Below are positions 50,156 to 57,688 of a stretch of 64,000 nucleotides of DNA, piece by piece. The notes beneath the pieces are model-generated. The model saw nothing but the letters and a program-made list of their open reading frames with translations. It was not told the DNA's origin and did no database searches. Position 1 is the first letter of the stretch. Every line of letters begins with the position of its first letter. Made by a program: the position numbers and the translations under genes. The stretch comes from a virus: IMG/VR virus record IMGVR_UViG_3300048442_000818, positions 9,831 through 73,830 of that record; one strand, given 5' to 3'.

Positions 50156-50164
50156 TTTTTGTCA

Positions 50165-50941
50165 TTATACTCTACTTAACCTGATACTCAGAATAGTACA
50201 GTATTGAACCATTGTGCCAAGCTGATCTTTCAACAGTTTTTGGTCTTCTTCAGGTAGCTTATTAATAGTGTCACCTACCAAAAAAGCCTCTAATTTACCG
50301 ATCTTCTGATTAAGCTCAGCGTATTCTTTACGCAAACGATCTGCATAAGTGGCCCCGGTACTGTCAAAAGCCTCATAGCTTTGCTCAAAGACATCTTGGG
50401 GGGACCAGCTCACGTAACCGCCAAACCCATCTACGTTCTTGGCTCCACCATCGGCGTACATCACCAAATAACCAGGATCATCCCCATTTTCATCAGAAGG
50501 CAGTTCCCAACTACGGAGATCGTTATACGTCTGACGACTCATCGGTACCGCATAAACTACCTTAGTACCGATATAGGTCTTTGGATCCCCAAACTTAAAC
50601 AGGAGGTCATCCATGCTTAGTGGGGTAGACTGTTCTACCAGACTGGCTTTGTTCCGAAGGGCATACCCTTCCAATCCCCAGATCTTTTCACGGGCATTCT
50701 TACGAGCCACGTCCCGGCCCACATCTGCATCAAAATTGGCAGGGCTGGCACAGGCACTCTCACCCGTCACGGTGTACCCATTCTTCAAGGTAAGCAGACA
50801 GATCGTCTGACAGGTACCAGGGAAGACGTAGTAATCCTCAGTTACAATCTGATCATCCACGTCGCTAGGCTTGATCCGAGGAGCAGTAAGACCCTTGCTC
50901 TGGATCATCTCTTCAATCGTATTTTCCTGTTCAGTACTCAT
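50165..50941 (-). CDS. Three-domain protein: N4 gp49/Sf6 gp66 domain + YIGTK/SWSP domain + crAss001_48-like helical domain; candidate anti-defence sponge
   Basis: APRI...TIC-LTL-NG-TV-GESAC-SP-NFD--G---A---A--KIW-LEGY; YIGTK...GYLV-Y...SWSP--VFE; R---E--EL--K--KL--F...Q---M--Y--IL--R; ATG 50941 with SD GAGAGG. Confidence 0.75.
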   Translation of the reverse strand: MSTEQENTIEEMIQSKGLTAPRIKPSDVDDQIVTEDYYVFPGTCQTICLLTLKNGYTVTGESACASPANFDADVGRDVARKNAREKIWGLEGYALRNKASLVEQSTPLSMDDLLFKFGDPKTYIGTKVVYAVPMSRQTYNDLRSWELPSDENGDDPGYLVMYADGGAKNVDGFGGYVSWSPQDVFEQSYEAFDSTGATYADRLRKEYAELNQKIGKLEAFLVGDTINKLPEEDQKLLKDQLGTMVQYCTILSIRLSRV

Positions 50942-51110
50942 GGTGTAACCTCTCTGTTGTGTTGTCGTCGAATGACACGTAGACTTTAGACCACATTTAG
51001 CCACCAAACAATACTTCACCACTAGGGTAAGAGGTAGACGGAGCCTATTGTCTTGTGCCAAGACCATCAGGAGTGTTGGCTATCTACTAATAACAAACAA
51101 CACCTAAGAC

Positions 51111-51139
51111 TTGAACCAAGGGAAAAACGGGGCTAATCT
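51111..51139 (+). promoter_or_regulatory. Sigma70-like promoter
   Basis: TTGAAC-N17-TAATCT. Confidence 0.4.
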
Positions 51140-51145
51140 CGTATG

Positions 51146-51285
51146 TGTTAGGCGTGAGAAGCGGCAACAGGCCCCAGCAAAGAGGTGGGCTGAATAACCC
51201 TTTGCAGGTAGAGCTGCCCTGCTAGCACAGCACCTCCAGGCAGTGATCTACTACTAAGCCCTCTACCCAAATAGAGGGCTTTTTT
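51146..51285 (+). ncRNA. Candidate ~140-nt structured small RNA
   Basis: GC-rich stretch with no convincing ORF between a sigma70-like promoter and a terminator; internal stems. Confidence 0.35.
51256..51285 (+). terminator. Rho-independent terminator
   Basis: AAGCCCTCTA-CCCAAA-TAGAGGGCTT plus T-tract. Confidence 0.8.
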
Positions 51286-51305
51286 ATGCCCCATATAAAG
51301 TAGGT

Positions 51306-51398
51306 ACTCAGAATTCCCCTTCACGAATAAATCTCCTCCTCGCAGGGACTAGCGTCCCTGCTCAGTCGTCGCTTTATTTGCTCAGGGGAATTCTTCGC
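51306..51398 (-). other. Long strand-asymmetric hairpin with multiple tandem GA/GA mismatches
   Basis: Nested arms AGAATTCCCCT/AGGGGAATTCT, AATAAA/TTTATT, GCAGGGAC/GTCCCTGC separated by TC/TC (GA/GA on minus strand). Confidence 0.7.
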
Positions 51399-51467
51399 GT
51401 TTTGATAAAAAAGAGTTGTAATGTGTGATTCTTGATGTAAGATGGAATCTCTAACCAACTAGGAGAT

Positions 51468-51809
51468 ATGAAAATGTTTACTCCCGCTTTCGAGAATGAT
51501 GACGTGCTAGCTGCTCACACTACCTCCAAAAGAGGCCGTAAGCCTAGTGAATTGTTCGTACAACTTCGTGATATGCCTGTATCAGACACTTGGTATGAAG
51601 TAGATGGTGAAGTATATCCTGATGCACAGAAATTCCGTGCTAAGGTATATCGCTATGCCAAAAACGGTGCCGGCAAATTCAAAGTCCGTGCTACTCCAGA
51701 AGGTACTTTCATTAAGAAAGTTTCTGGTCCGGGTTCTAATCAGGAAGTTGCACAAGCTACTCCCGACACTGAATCTGAAGATCAACATGATGGTCAAGCA
51801 GATGAATGA
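51468..51809 (+). CDS. Small basic protein, possibly DNA-binding
   Basis: SD AGGAG; RGRKP AT-hook-like motif; upstream TTGTAA-N16-TAAGAT; own terminator. Confidence 0.7.
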   Translation: MKMFTPAFENDDVLAAHTTSKRGRKPSELFVQLRDMPVSDTWYEVDGEVYPDAQKFRAKVYRYAKNGAGKFKVRATPEGTFIKKVSGPGSNQEVAQATPDTESEDQHDGQADE

Positions 51810-51827
51810 TCTATAAAACAGATCATG

Positions 51828-51859
51828 AAAAAAGCCCCTTAATTGGGGCTTTTTTTTTT
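51828..51859. terminator. Bidirectional terminator
   Basis: AAAAAAGCCCC-TTAATT-GGGGCTTTTTTTTTT. Confidence 0.85.
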
Positions 51860-51864
51860 GTCTA

Positions 51865-51943
51865 TACTTCAAACTTACCTCGTGATAGTAGGTACCTCCA
51901 AAATATATTGAGTAGTACTTCAAATTTATATCGTGATATTTGG
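51865..51943 (+). repeat. Imperfect 28-bp direct repeats near the presumed genome end
   Basis: TACTTCAAACTTACCTCGTGATAGTAGG (51865) vs TACTTCAAATTTATATCGTGATATTTGG (51916), 23/28 identical, degenerate copy between. Confidence 0.65.
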
Positions 51944-52072
51944 AGCAATTCAGATTTTTTTATAGTTATGTACGGTTGTAGTGTTTCACACTATTCACAC
52001 CCATCACACTAAAGTACCCCCCCGGTGTACGTATATATCTCACACTGGTCCTACCCTACCCCATGTGAGCTT

Positions 52073-52091
52073 GCGGCTGCGCCGCTTCTGG
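52073..52091 (+). promoter_or_regulatory. vRNAP early hairpin promoter, predicted +1 at G52090
   Basis: GCGGC-TGC-GCCGC-TTCT-GG: 5-bp stem, template C(GCA)G triloop, loop centre 11 nt upstream of GG as in N4 promoters; precedes first early gene. Confidence 0.8.
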
Positions 52092-52178
52092 TGATTCATT
52101 GTGTACGTGTGTGTGGTTTCTTTGGTTCCAGTAACTGAGAACCATACTACTAACTTAACTCTAGGAGAAACTCATATC

Positions 52179-52517
52179 ATGGCTAACTCACGCATGACCA
52201 TCAGTGCTGTATTGGGCATGGTTCAGTCCACTGCTCAGACCATTACCAACTCACTCAACGCTGTCAACGACGGTGTGGAGATGATCAACAATGCAGTGTC
52301 TGATGCTGCTGAACGTCAACAGATCCGCTCTGATAACGACATGGCAATGTACGAATCAGTGTATGTTGCTGAGAAAGCTCTTGAGCTTGACCAGAGTCGT
52401 GATCACATTCGTTCTTACATCTCTCAGTCTGAACAGCACAAAAGTGGTTACGAATCAGCTTTAACCGAACTTCAACAAGCTGTAGCCCAACGCAAATCCA
52501 AGCGTGGTAATAAGTAA
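52179..52517 (+). CDS. Early protein, N4 gp1-like
   Basis: First ORF after hairpin promoter; SD AGGAG; helical. Confidence 0.6.
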   Translation: MANSRMTISAVLGMVQSTAQTITNSLNAVNDGVEMINNAVSDAAERQQIRSDNDMAMYESVYVAEKALELDQSRDHIRSYISQSEQHKSGYESALTELQQAVAQRKSKRGNK

Positions 52518-52615
52518 CCGATAACCTAACGGCTCTACTCTCTATCTTGAGTACTTGAGTAGAGTCGTTAATTCTCCCTTCAACTTACCTCTACTTATCT
52601 TGGGAGTATTGACTC

Positions 52616-52789
52616 ATGTCTCCATTCTCTCCATGTGACCCTGACAAGCTGACTCATGCTTCCTTGCTTGAGCTAGAGATCTACTTTGGTCTGCCTGCTG
52701 ACCAAGCTCAACAGCTACTGGATCAAGGTATGTCCTTGAGTGAAATCAAGGAGTTGCAACGTCAACGGTATCAACAAACTGTCCACTAA
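52616..52789 (+). CDS. Small early hypothetical protein (57 aa; not in ORF track)
   Basis: SD GGGAG; MSPFSPCDPDK...QTVH*. Confidence 0.55.
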   Translation: MSPFSPCDPDKLTHASLLELEIYFGLPADQAQQLLDQGMSLSEIKELQRQRYQQTVH

Positions 52790-52801
52790 GAGGCTACTCT
52801 T

Positions 52802-52933
52802 ATGCGTGAATATCTCATCCTGCTCATCGTTGTAATGTTTATCCTCTTCGGTGCGCTGTACTTCACTTCACCAATGCAACTGTTGCCTGAATGTCAGGGG
52901 CGTCAAGTTCCTCTGTTCTGTGTGCAAGACTGA
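52802..52933 (+). CDS. Small membrane peptide (43 aa; not in ORF track)
   Basis: SD GAGG; MREYLILLIVVMFILFGALYF TM helix followed by two Cys. Confidence 0.55.
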   Translation: MREYLILLIVVMFILFGALYFTSPMQLLPECQGRQVPLFCVQD

Positions 52934-52998
52934 CTTCTGTTCTTTTGGTTGGTTATAAACCTCAAACTCTTTACCTATAAATCTGGAGTAACATTCTC

Positions 52999-53391
52999 AT
53001 GGCTATTGATTTCGATAAAACTTTCGGTGCTCGTGCTGCTGGTAACAAACCTGCTCAACAGGCTGACCGTCCCAAATCTCAGTACTGGCTGAACTTGGGT
53101 TATACCTCTGACGTGGAAGACGAAGACGGCTCCATGCGCTTCGTATCTCTGCCCATTGGTATTCCTCTGGACAACCAGGAACGGCTTCCCACAAACAGCC
53201 GTAACCAGGAGTTCGCTGCGTTTCAGTCAGCACGTAACGATCTTCTGGACCAGATCCAGGAAGTCGCTAAAAGCCTGGAACCGGGCGAATACCGTACTCT
53301 CAACCTTGAGATCCAACTGCGTCGTGTCAACGATGACGCTCCTGAGATCTCTGCTGATGCGAATCCGTTCACCAAGAAGCTCGATCTCTGA
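52999..53391 (+). CDS. ssDNA-binding RNAP II co-activator (N4 gp2/Drc-like)
   Basis: WLNLGY, FVSLP-GIPLD, RN-LL, IQLRRV motifs. Confidence 0.85.
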   Translation: MAIDFDKTFGARAAGNKPAQQADRPKSQYWLNLGYTSDVEDEDGSMRFVSLPIGIPLDNQERLPTNSRNQEFAAFQSARNDLLDQIQEVAKSLEPGEYRTLNLEIQLRRVNDDAPEISADANPFTKKLDL

Positions 53392-53399
53392 ACCATCCT

Positions 53400-53435
53400 A
53401 GAACCATCTCTTGTAACTAAGAGGTGGTTCTTTTT
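53400..53435 (+). terminator. Rho-independent terminator
   Basis: AGAACCATCTCTT/AAGAGGTGGTTCT plus T-tract. Confidence 0.75.
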
Positions 53436-53538
53436 ATTCAATTCTTGATAGTGGATAGAGTAGACATAAATATAGGTGCGATAAACTAAGTTCTACTTTT
53501 GAGCACTTTTTGACTAATCCAACTGAAAGGATAAGACC

Positions 53539-53718
53539 ATGGACCAAGATGCTATTTATGCTGGTGTAGTGTGCCCTCAATGTGGGCCTGTGGACCTGAC
53601 ATTCCGTCAATACATGGACCAAATTTGTAAACCTGATGCTCTCTGGAAATGCCCTAAGTGTGGTCAGGACTCTGACTTCGATGATGAGCGTTTTGAAGAG
53701 ATTCAGGGTATTAACTAA
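53539..53718 (+). CDS. Zinc-ribbon protein (59 aa; not in ORF track)
   Basis: CPQCG...CPKCG; SD AAGGA. Confidence 0.65.
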   Translation: MDQDAIYAGVVCPQCGPVDLTFRQYMDQICKPDALWKCPKCGQDSDFDDERFEEIQGIN

Positions 53719-53733
53719 TAAGTGAGAACAAAC

Positions 53734-53919
53734 ATGAAATTCATTAAATGGGTTATCAAACTGAGATTCAGTATCATTGATCTATTGACTTACGGTATGT
53801 TCATAGCACTACTGCAACATGATATGTTTGCTATTGCTATGTTCACAATGATCATTGGTATTGGTACCTCTGTATTTCTTGAGGGTAGATATGGACACCT
53901 ACTAAAAAGGAACTACTAA
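53734..53919 (+). CDS. Small membrane protein
   Basis: Two hydrophobic segments. Confidence 0.55.
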   Translation: MKFIKWVIKLRFSIIDLLTYGMFIALLQHDMFAIAMFTMIIGIGTSVFLEGRYGHLLKRNY

Positions 53920-54050
53920 TGTTTCATAGATCAACAACTAAACCCAGTCTCAAGATAAAACTCATCAGTGCTTTGATTGTTATCATGATGTTGTCAATCC
54001 AAGGCACCATTCTCTATGTAATTGGTCATTTCATTATTAAATACTGGTAG
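53919..54050 (+). CDS. Small membrane peptide (43 aa; not in ORF track)
   Basis: TAATG coupling; single TM segment. Confidence 0.5.
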   Translation: MFHRSTTKPSLKIKLISALIVIMMLSIQGTILYVIGHFIIKYW

Positions 54051-54070
54051 ATATAAATAGGAGAAAGATC

Positions 54071-54613
54071 ATGTCCAAGACGCTTATCTATGCGGGCATC
54101 GGTAGCCGCCAAACACCAGAGCCTGTGCTGGCCTCCATGTATTCGATAGCACAACAATTGTCTGACTTCTGGATGCTGAGATCAGGTCACGCTGATGGTG
54201 CTGATATGGCCTTTGAAAAGGGTTGTATTAGCAAAGCTGGAGCCATGGAAATCATGGTGCCGTGGCTTGGCTTCAATAAAGCACCAACAAACGATGCACG
54301 TTATATACGTCCCAAAGCTACTGACATATTGGCTAAGTTTGCTGGTCAATTTCACCCTAACTGGGCTAACTGCAAAGATACCGTGAAATTGATGCATATG
54401 TGTAATTGCTGTCAGATTCTCGGTGAATACGGTGATGCACCGGTCGATATGGTGATTTGTTGGACACCTGGAGGCAAAGGCGGTGGTGGCACTGGTCAAG
54501 CTATTCGTGTAGCTCACCATTTCGATATACCGGTCTTTGATCTTGGTAGTAAACGTACCGCAGAAGACCTGTGTACTTTTGTGTCACTCGTCGAGCATCA
54601 ATCTGCCGATTGA
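54071..54613 (+). CDS. SLOG-superfamily (DprA/Smf/YspA-like) nucleotide-binding protein
   Basis: YAGIGSR-TP, LRSG-A-GAD-AFE, GGTGQA-R-A, IPVF-L. Confidence 0.8.
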   Translation: MSKTLIYAGIGSRQTPEPVLASMYSIAQQLSDFWMLRSGHADGADMAFEKGCISKAGAMEIMVPWLGFNKAPTNDARYIRPKATDILAKFAGQFHPNWANCKDTVKLMHMCNCCQILGEYGDAPVDMVICWTPGGKGGGGTGQAIRVAHHFDIPVFDLGSKRTAEDLCTFVSLVEHQSAD

Positions 54614-54650
54614 TCCTCTCCTCGCGTTAATTTGTTGGGTTTGTTTTGTT

Positions 54651-54893
54651 ATGCCAATGACATTGACTGAGAAAAACCGCATTACCCAGATGATTATTAA
54701 ATATGGAACCAAAGAGGTAATGCGGAACATCAACAATGCTCAGAGGAATCTGAGTGAGGAATATTACCGTGATAATCCAGAAGCAATCATTCATGAATAT
54801 GTACCTGTTATACATGATTGCTACGTGAAACTTGCAGATGTGGAATACAGGAGACTGACAGATGCCGAAGAGAATCTTCGTATTCGGAAGTAA
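54651..54893 (+). CDS. Hypothetical protein
   Basis: ORF filling gap between SLOG and macro-like genes; start uncertain. Confidence 0.45.
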   Translation: MPMTLTEKNRITQMIIKYGTKEVMRNINNAQRNLSEEYYRDNPEAIIHEYVPVIHDCYVKLADVEYRRLTDAEENLRIRK

Positions 54894-55245
54894 TGAGGCG
54901 GGTATCCATGGTGCTGGTGCGGCTAAAACAGCGTACCAGAAGCATGGTGCTCGATGGGGTAAGTCCTATGGTCATTACGGGGATAGCTTTGCTATCCCTA
55001 CCAAGGACGACATCATCAAGACACTGCCCATTCCCGTAATCAAACAGTACGTTGAAGGATTCATAGCTTATGCTTGGGGACACCCCAAACTTAACTTTAA
55101 GGTGACGTGTATTGGCTGTGGCCTTGCAGGTCTCAAACACCAAGACATAGCACCATTGTTTAAGAATGCTCCTAGCAACTGTTATTTCGATGAACTCTGG
55201 AAAGAGTGGTTAGGAGATAAACATAAATATTGGGGTACTTTCTAA
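54862..55245 (+). CDS. Macrodomain-like protein (IFVFGSN family)
   Basis: IFVFGSN--G-HGAGAA, AIPTK, IGCGLAG motifs resembling macrodomain loops. Confidence 0.7.
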   Translation: MPKRIFVFGSNEAGIHGAGAAKTAYQKHGARWGKSYGHYGDSFAIPTKDDIIKTLPIPVIKQYVEGFIAYAWGHPKLNFKVTCIGCGLAGLKHQDIAPLFKNAPSNCYFDELWKEWLGDKHKYWGTF

Positions 55246-55436
55246 TGCCTATATTTATAACTGGTTTCATCGCTGGTGTACTTTTATGGGCTATATTTAT
55301 ACTCTTAGGAAGCTTTATTATTTATAGTCAAAATGAACATTTAGCAATACGGTTAGAGAACTTATGGAAGTACATTCTAGGGTTCGGTCTAAGCTTTAGT
55401 TTTATAGTTAGCCTGATAATGGAGTACTTAATCTAA
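55245..55436 (+). CDS. Small two-TM membrane protein
   Basis: TAATG coupling; two hydrophobic helices. Confidence 0.55.
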   Translation: MPIFITGFIAGVLLWAIFILLGSFIIYSQNEHLAIRLENLWKYILGFGLSFSFIVSLIMEYLI

Positions 55437-55615
55437 TGGAAACATTCTATGCATTTAAAAACAGTAGTGGTGTAACCACTCGTATGCAGTTTTCATCTGT
55501 TCGTCTAGCATCAAAATGGCTAGAAGATATGAAAAAACATAATCCGACTTATGCCAGTAAACTCACGTTAGTAAAAGTGACTGTAACCAGGGTAGAGGAA
55601 GAAATTGATGTCTGA
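55436..55615 (+). CDS. Hypothetical protein (59 aa; not in ORF track)
   Basis: TAATG coupling, SD GGAG; METFYAFK...EIDV*. Confidence 0.55.
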   Translation: METFYAFKNSSGVTTRMQFSSVRLASKWLEDMKKHNPTYASKLTLVKVTVTRVEEEIDV

Positions 55616-56423
55616 TTCTAAAACTGCTCATCAGATTAAGCTTGAACGTCTATACAACAAGAATCAGTTGATTCCTCGTGTACGACGTGAATTTACTGAA
55701 TGTGAGGAGTTTAGTTTTACGTCATACATTGTGAGTAAACAAATACCAGTCAATTTTGGACTGGATTTACTTGTCCAAATGGCTCTTCATAAAAGAGCCA
55801 ACCTGGACACACTGGTAGGCTGTCTACGACATCACTTTCATGATAGCCAGCTCACTGCGGATATGATCCTTAAGTGTGCTGAGGCTGACTTGATAGACTT
55901 CTCACAGAACTTACGTATGTTCATTGTGAAGTTTACTATCAGCCAAGATGTTCAAGAAGAACTGGATCGTTATCAATTTCCACTGCCTATGGTAGTACCA
56001 CCCAAAAAGCTCAAGAGTAACCGTGATATTGGTTATCTTATGAGTAGTGGGTCAGTAATACTCAGGAATAATCATCATAATGATGATGTCTGTTTAGATC
56101 ACCTAAACAGAGTTAATAAAATAAAGCTTACAGTTAATCTAGATACAGTCACAATGGTTAAGAATAAGTGGCGTAATTTAGATAAACCAAAACAAGGTGA
56201 AACTCAAGATGATTTCATCCGTCGTAAGAAAGCATTTGAGAAGTATGATCGTAGTGCTCGTGATGTAATCAATCTTCTGATCCAAGAGGGTAATGAGTTT
56301 TACCTTACCCACAAATACGATAAACGTGGTCGAACCTATTGCATGGGTTACCACTGTTCATACCAAGCAGCACCTTGGAATAAAGCTGTTTTAGAATTCT
56401 CAGAGAAAGAAATAATTCAGTAA
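55608..56423 (+). CDS. RNA polymerase II subunit 1 (N4 gp15-like)
   Basis: LPMVVPP, DKRGR-Y (DxxGR motif of T7-like RNAP N-half). Confidence 0.9.
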   Translation: MSDSKTAHQIKLERLYNKNQLIPRVRREFTECEEFSFTSYIVSKQIPVNFGLDLLVQMALHKRANLDTLVGCLRHHFHDSQLTADMILKCAEADLIDFSQNLRMFIVKFTISQDVQEELDRYQFPLPMVVPPKKLKSNRDIGYLMSSGSVILRNNHHNDDVCLDHLNRVNKIKLTVNLDTVTMVKNKWRNLDKPKQGETQDDFIRRKKAFEKYDRSARDVINLLIQEGNEFYLTHKYDKRGRTYCMGYHCSYQAAPWNKAVLEFSEKEIIQ

Positions 56424-56429
56424 TTATGT

Positions 56430-56456
56430 AAAGCCACTTATTTAAGCGGCTTTTTT
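56430..56456 (+). terminator. Weak terminator between RNAP II subunit genes
   Basis: AAAGCC-CTTA/TAAG-GGCTTT plus T-tract. Confidence 0.5.
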
Positions 56457-56480
56457 ATTTCACTAATTAAGGAGTACAAG

Positions 56481-57683
56481 ATGCAACGATTCACGCCTAA
56501 GCAGTATCTTATGATTGATATCGCCAATTCATTTGGCTTAGACAATAAGAATTGGGATGTACGTCTTGATTGGTTTAAGCAACATGAAGATCATCTTATT
56601 GAAATGCTTCCTCAAGCAAAAGAACCTGCACTTTTCTATGCTGGTATTCAAGCATGGGAAAATGTGAAAGCAACTAAACCTATTGGGTATCCTATATCTC
56701 TTGATGCAACAGCCAGTGGTTTACAATTGCTTGCTGCTCTTACAGGTGATCGTAATGCAGCAAGACTGTGTAATGTCGTAGATACAGGTAACAGGGAAGA
56801 TGCCTATACCAATGTCTATATGACAATGGTCAATAAAATCAACGAAGCAGCTAAGATAAAACGGGATGACACCAAGCAAGCTATTATGACTGCACTGTAT
56901 GGCTCACAAGCTGTACCTCGTGAAGTCTTTGGTGAAGGACCACTGCTTAAGGTGTTCTTTGACACCATGCAAGAAGTGGCACCTGCTGCTTGGGAATTGA
57001 ATGAAGCATTCCTGGATATCTGGGATCCTGATGCTCTGTCCCACGATTGGATTCTTCCTGATAATTTCCATGTTCATATTAAGGTAATGCGTACTGTTAA
57101 AGAGACAGTCCATTTCCTGAATGAACCAGTGGAAACAAGTCATAAGGTAAATGCTCCTATCGAAGAAGGACGTTCATTAGGTGCAAATACTATTCATTCA
57201 TTGGATGGTTTAATTGTTCGTGAAATGAGTCGTCGTTGTGATTATGACCCTGAGCAAATAAAGAATATAATCAAAACTTTCAATAAGCCTAAAAATAATT
57301 ACCCACTAGAAGATAATAAAACTAATCGTATGCTGCATACTCTTTGGAATCATTACAAAGAAAGTGGTTATTTATCTGCTAGAATTCTCGACTATATCAC
57401 TGAAGATAATATTAATAGCATTGATAAGACTGTTATCAGTGATCTTATTGATACCCTCCCAGAAAAACCTTTTAAAATCTTATCAGTACATGACTGTTTC
57501 CGTGTGTTGCCTAATTACGGCAATGATCTGCGCTATCAGTATAATCTTCAGCTTATGTTGATTGCTAAATCCAATATGCTTCAGTATTTGCTGAGTCAGA
57601 TTCTCAATAGACCCGTTACCATCGGTAAACTGGATCCCACACTGCATGAGGATATCCTGGACGCAAACTACTCATTGAGTTAA
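56481..57683 (+). CDS. RNA polymerase II subunit 2 (N4 gp16-like)
   Basis: Motif A DATASGLQ, motif B R---K---MT--YG, motif C HDCF. Confidence 0.92.
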   Translation: MQRFTPKQYLMIDIANSFGLDNKNWDVRLDWFKQHEDHLIEMLPQAKEPALFYAGIQAWENVKATKPIGYPISLDATASGLQLLAALTGDRNAARLCNVVDTGNREDAYTNVYMTMVNKINEAAKIKRDDTKQAIMTALYGSQAVPREVFGEGPLLKVFFDTMQEVAPAAWELNEAFLDIWDPDALSHDWILPDNFHVHIKVMRTVKETVHFLNEPVETSHKVNAPIEEGRSLGANTIHSLDGLIVREMSRRCDYDPEQIKNIIKTFNKPKNNYPLEDNKTNRMLHTLWNHYKESGYLSARILDYITEDNINSIDKTVISDLIDTLPEKPFKILSVHDCFRVLPNYGNDLRYQYNLQLMLIAKSNMLQYLLSQILNRPVTIGKLDPTLHEDILDANYSLS

Positions 57684-57688
57684 ATTCA

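Noticed and set aside
50942-51067. 42-aa N-terminal extension of the sponge-like ORF
   Set aside because: SD GAGAGG precedes ATG 50941; the extension has no domain-like character
51151-51238. tRNA gene (starts GG, ends CCA)
   Set aside because: No 7-bp acceptor stem or TTC T-loop found; kept only as a generic ncRNA candidate
51865-51943. Mini CRISPR array
   Set aside because: Only two 23/28 repeats with a degenerate repeat as the spacer; no cas genes
56424-56480. Intron or split-gene interruption of RNA polymerase
   Set aside because: A two-subunit RNAP II is the normal N4-like state; no intron or intein signatures seen
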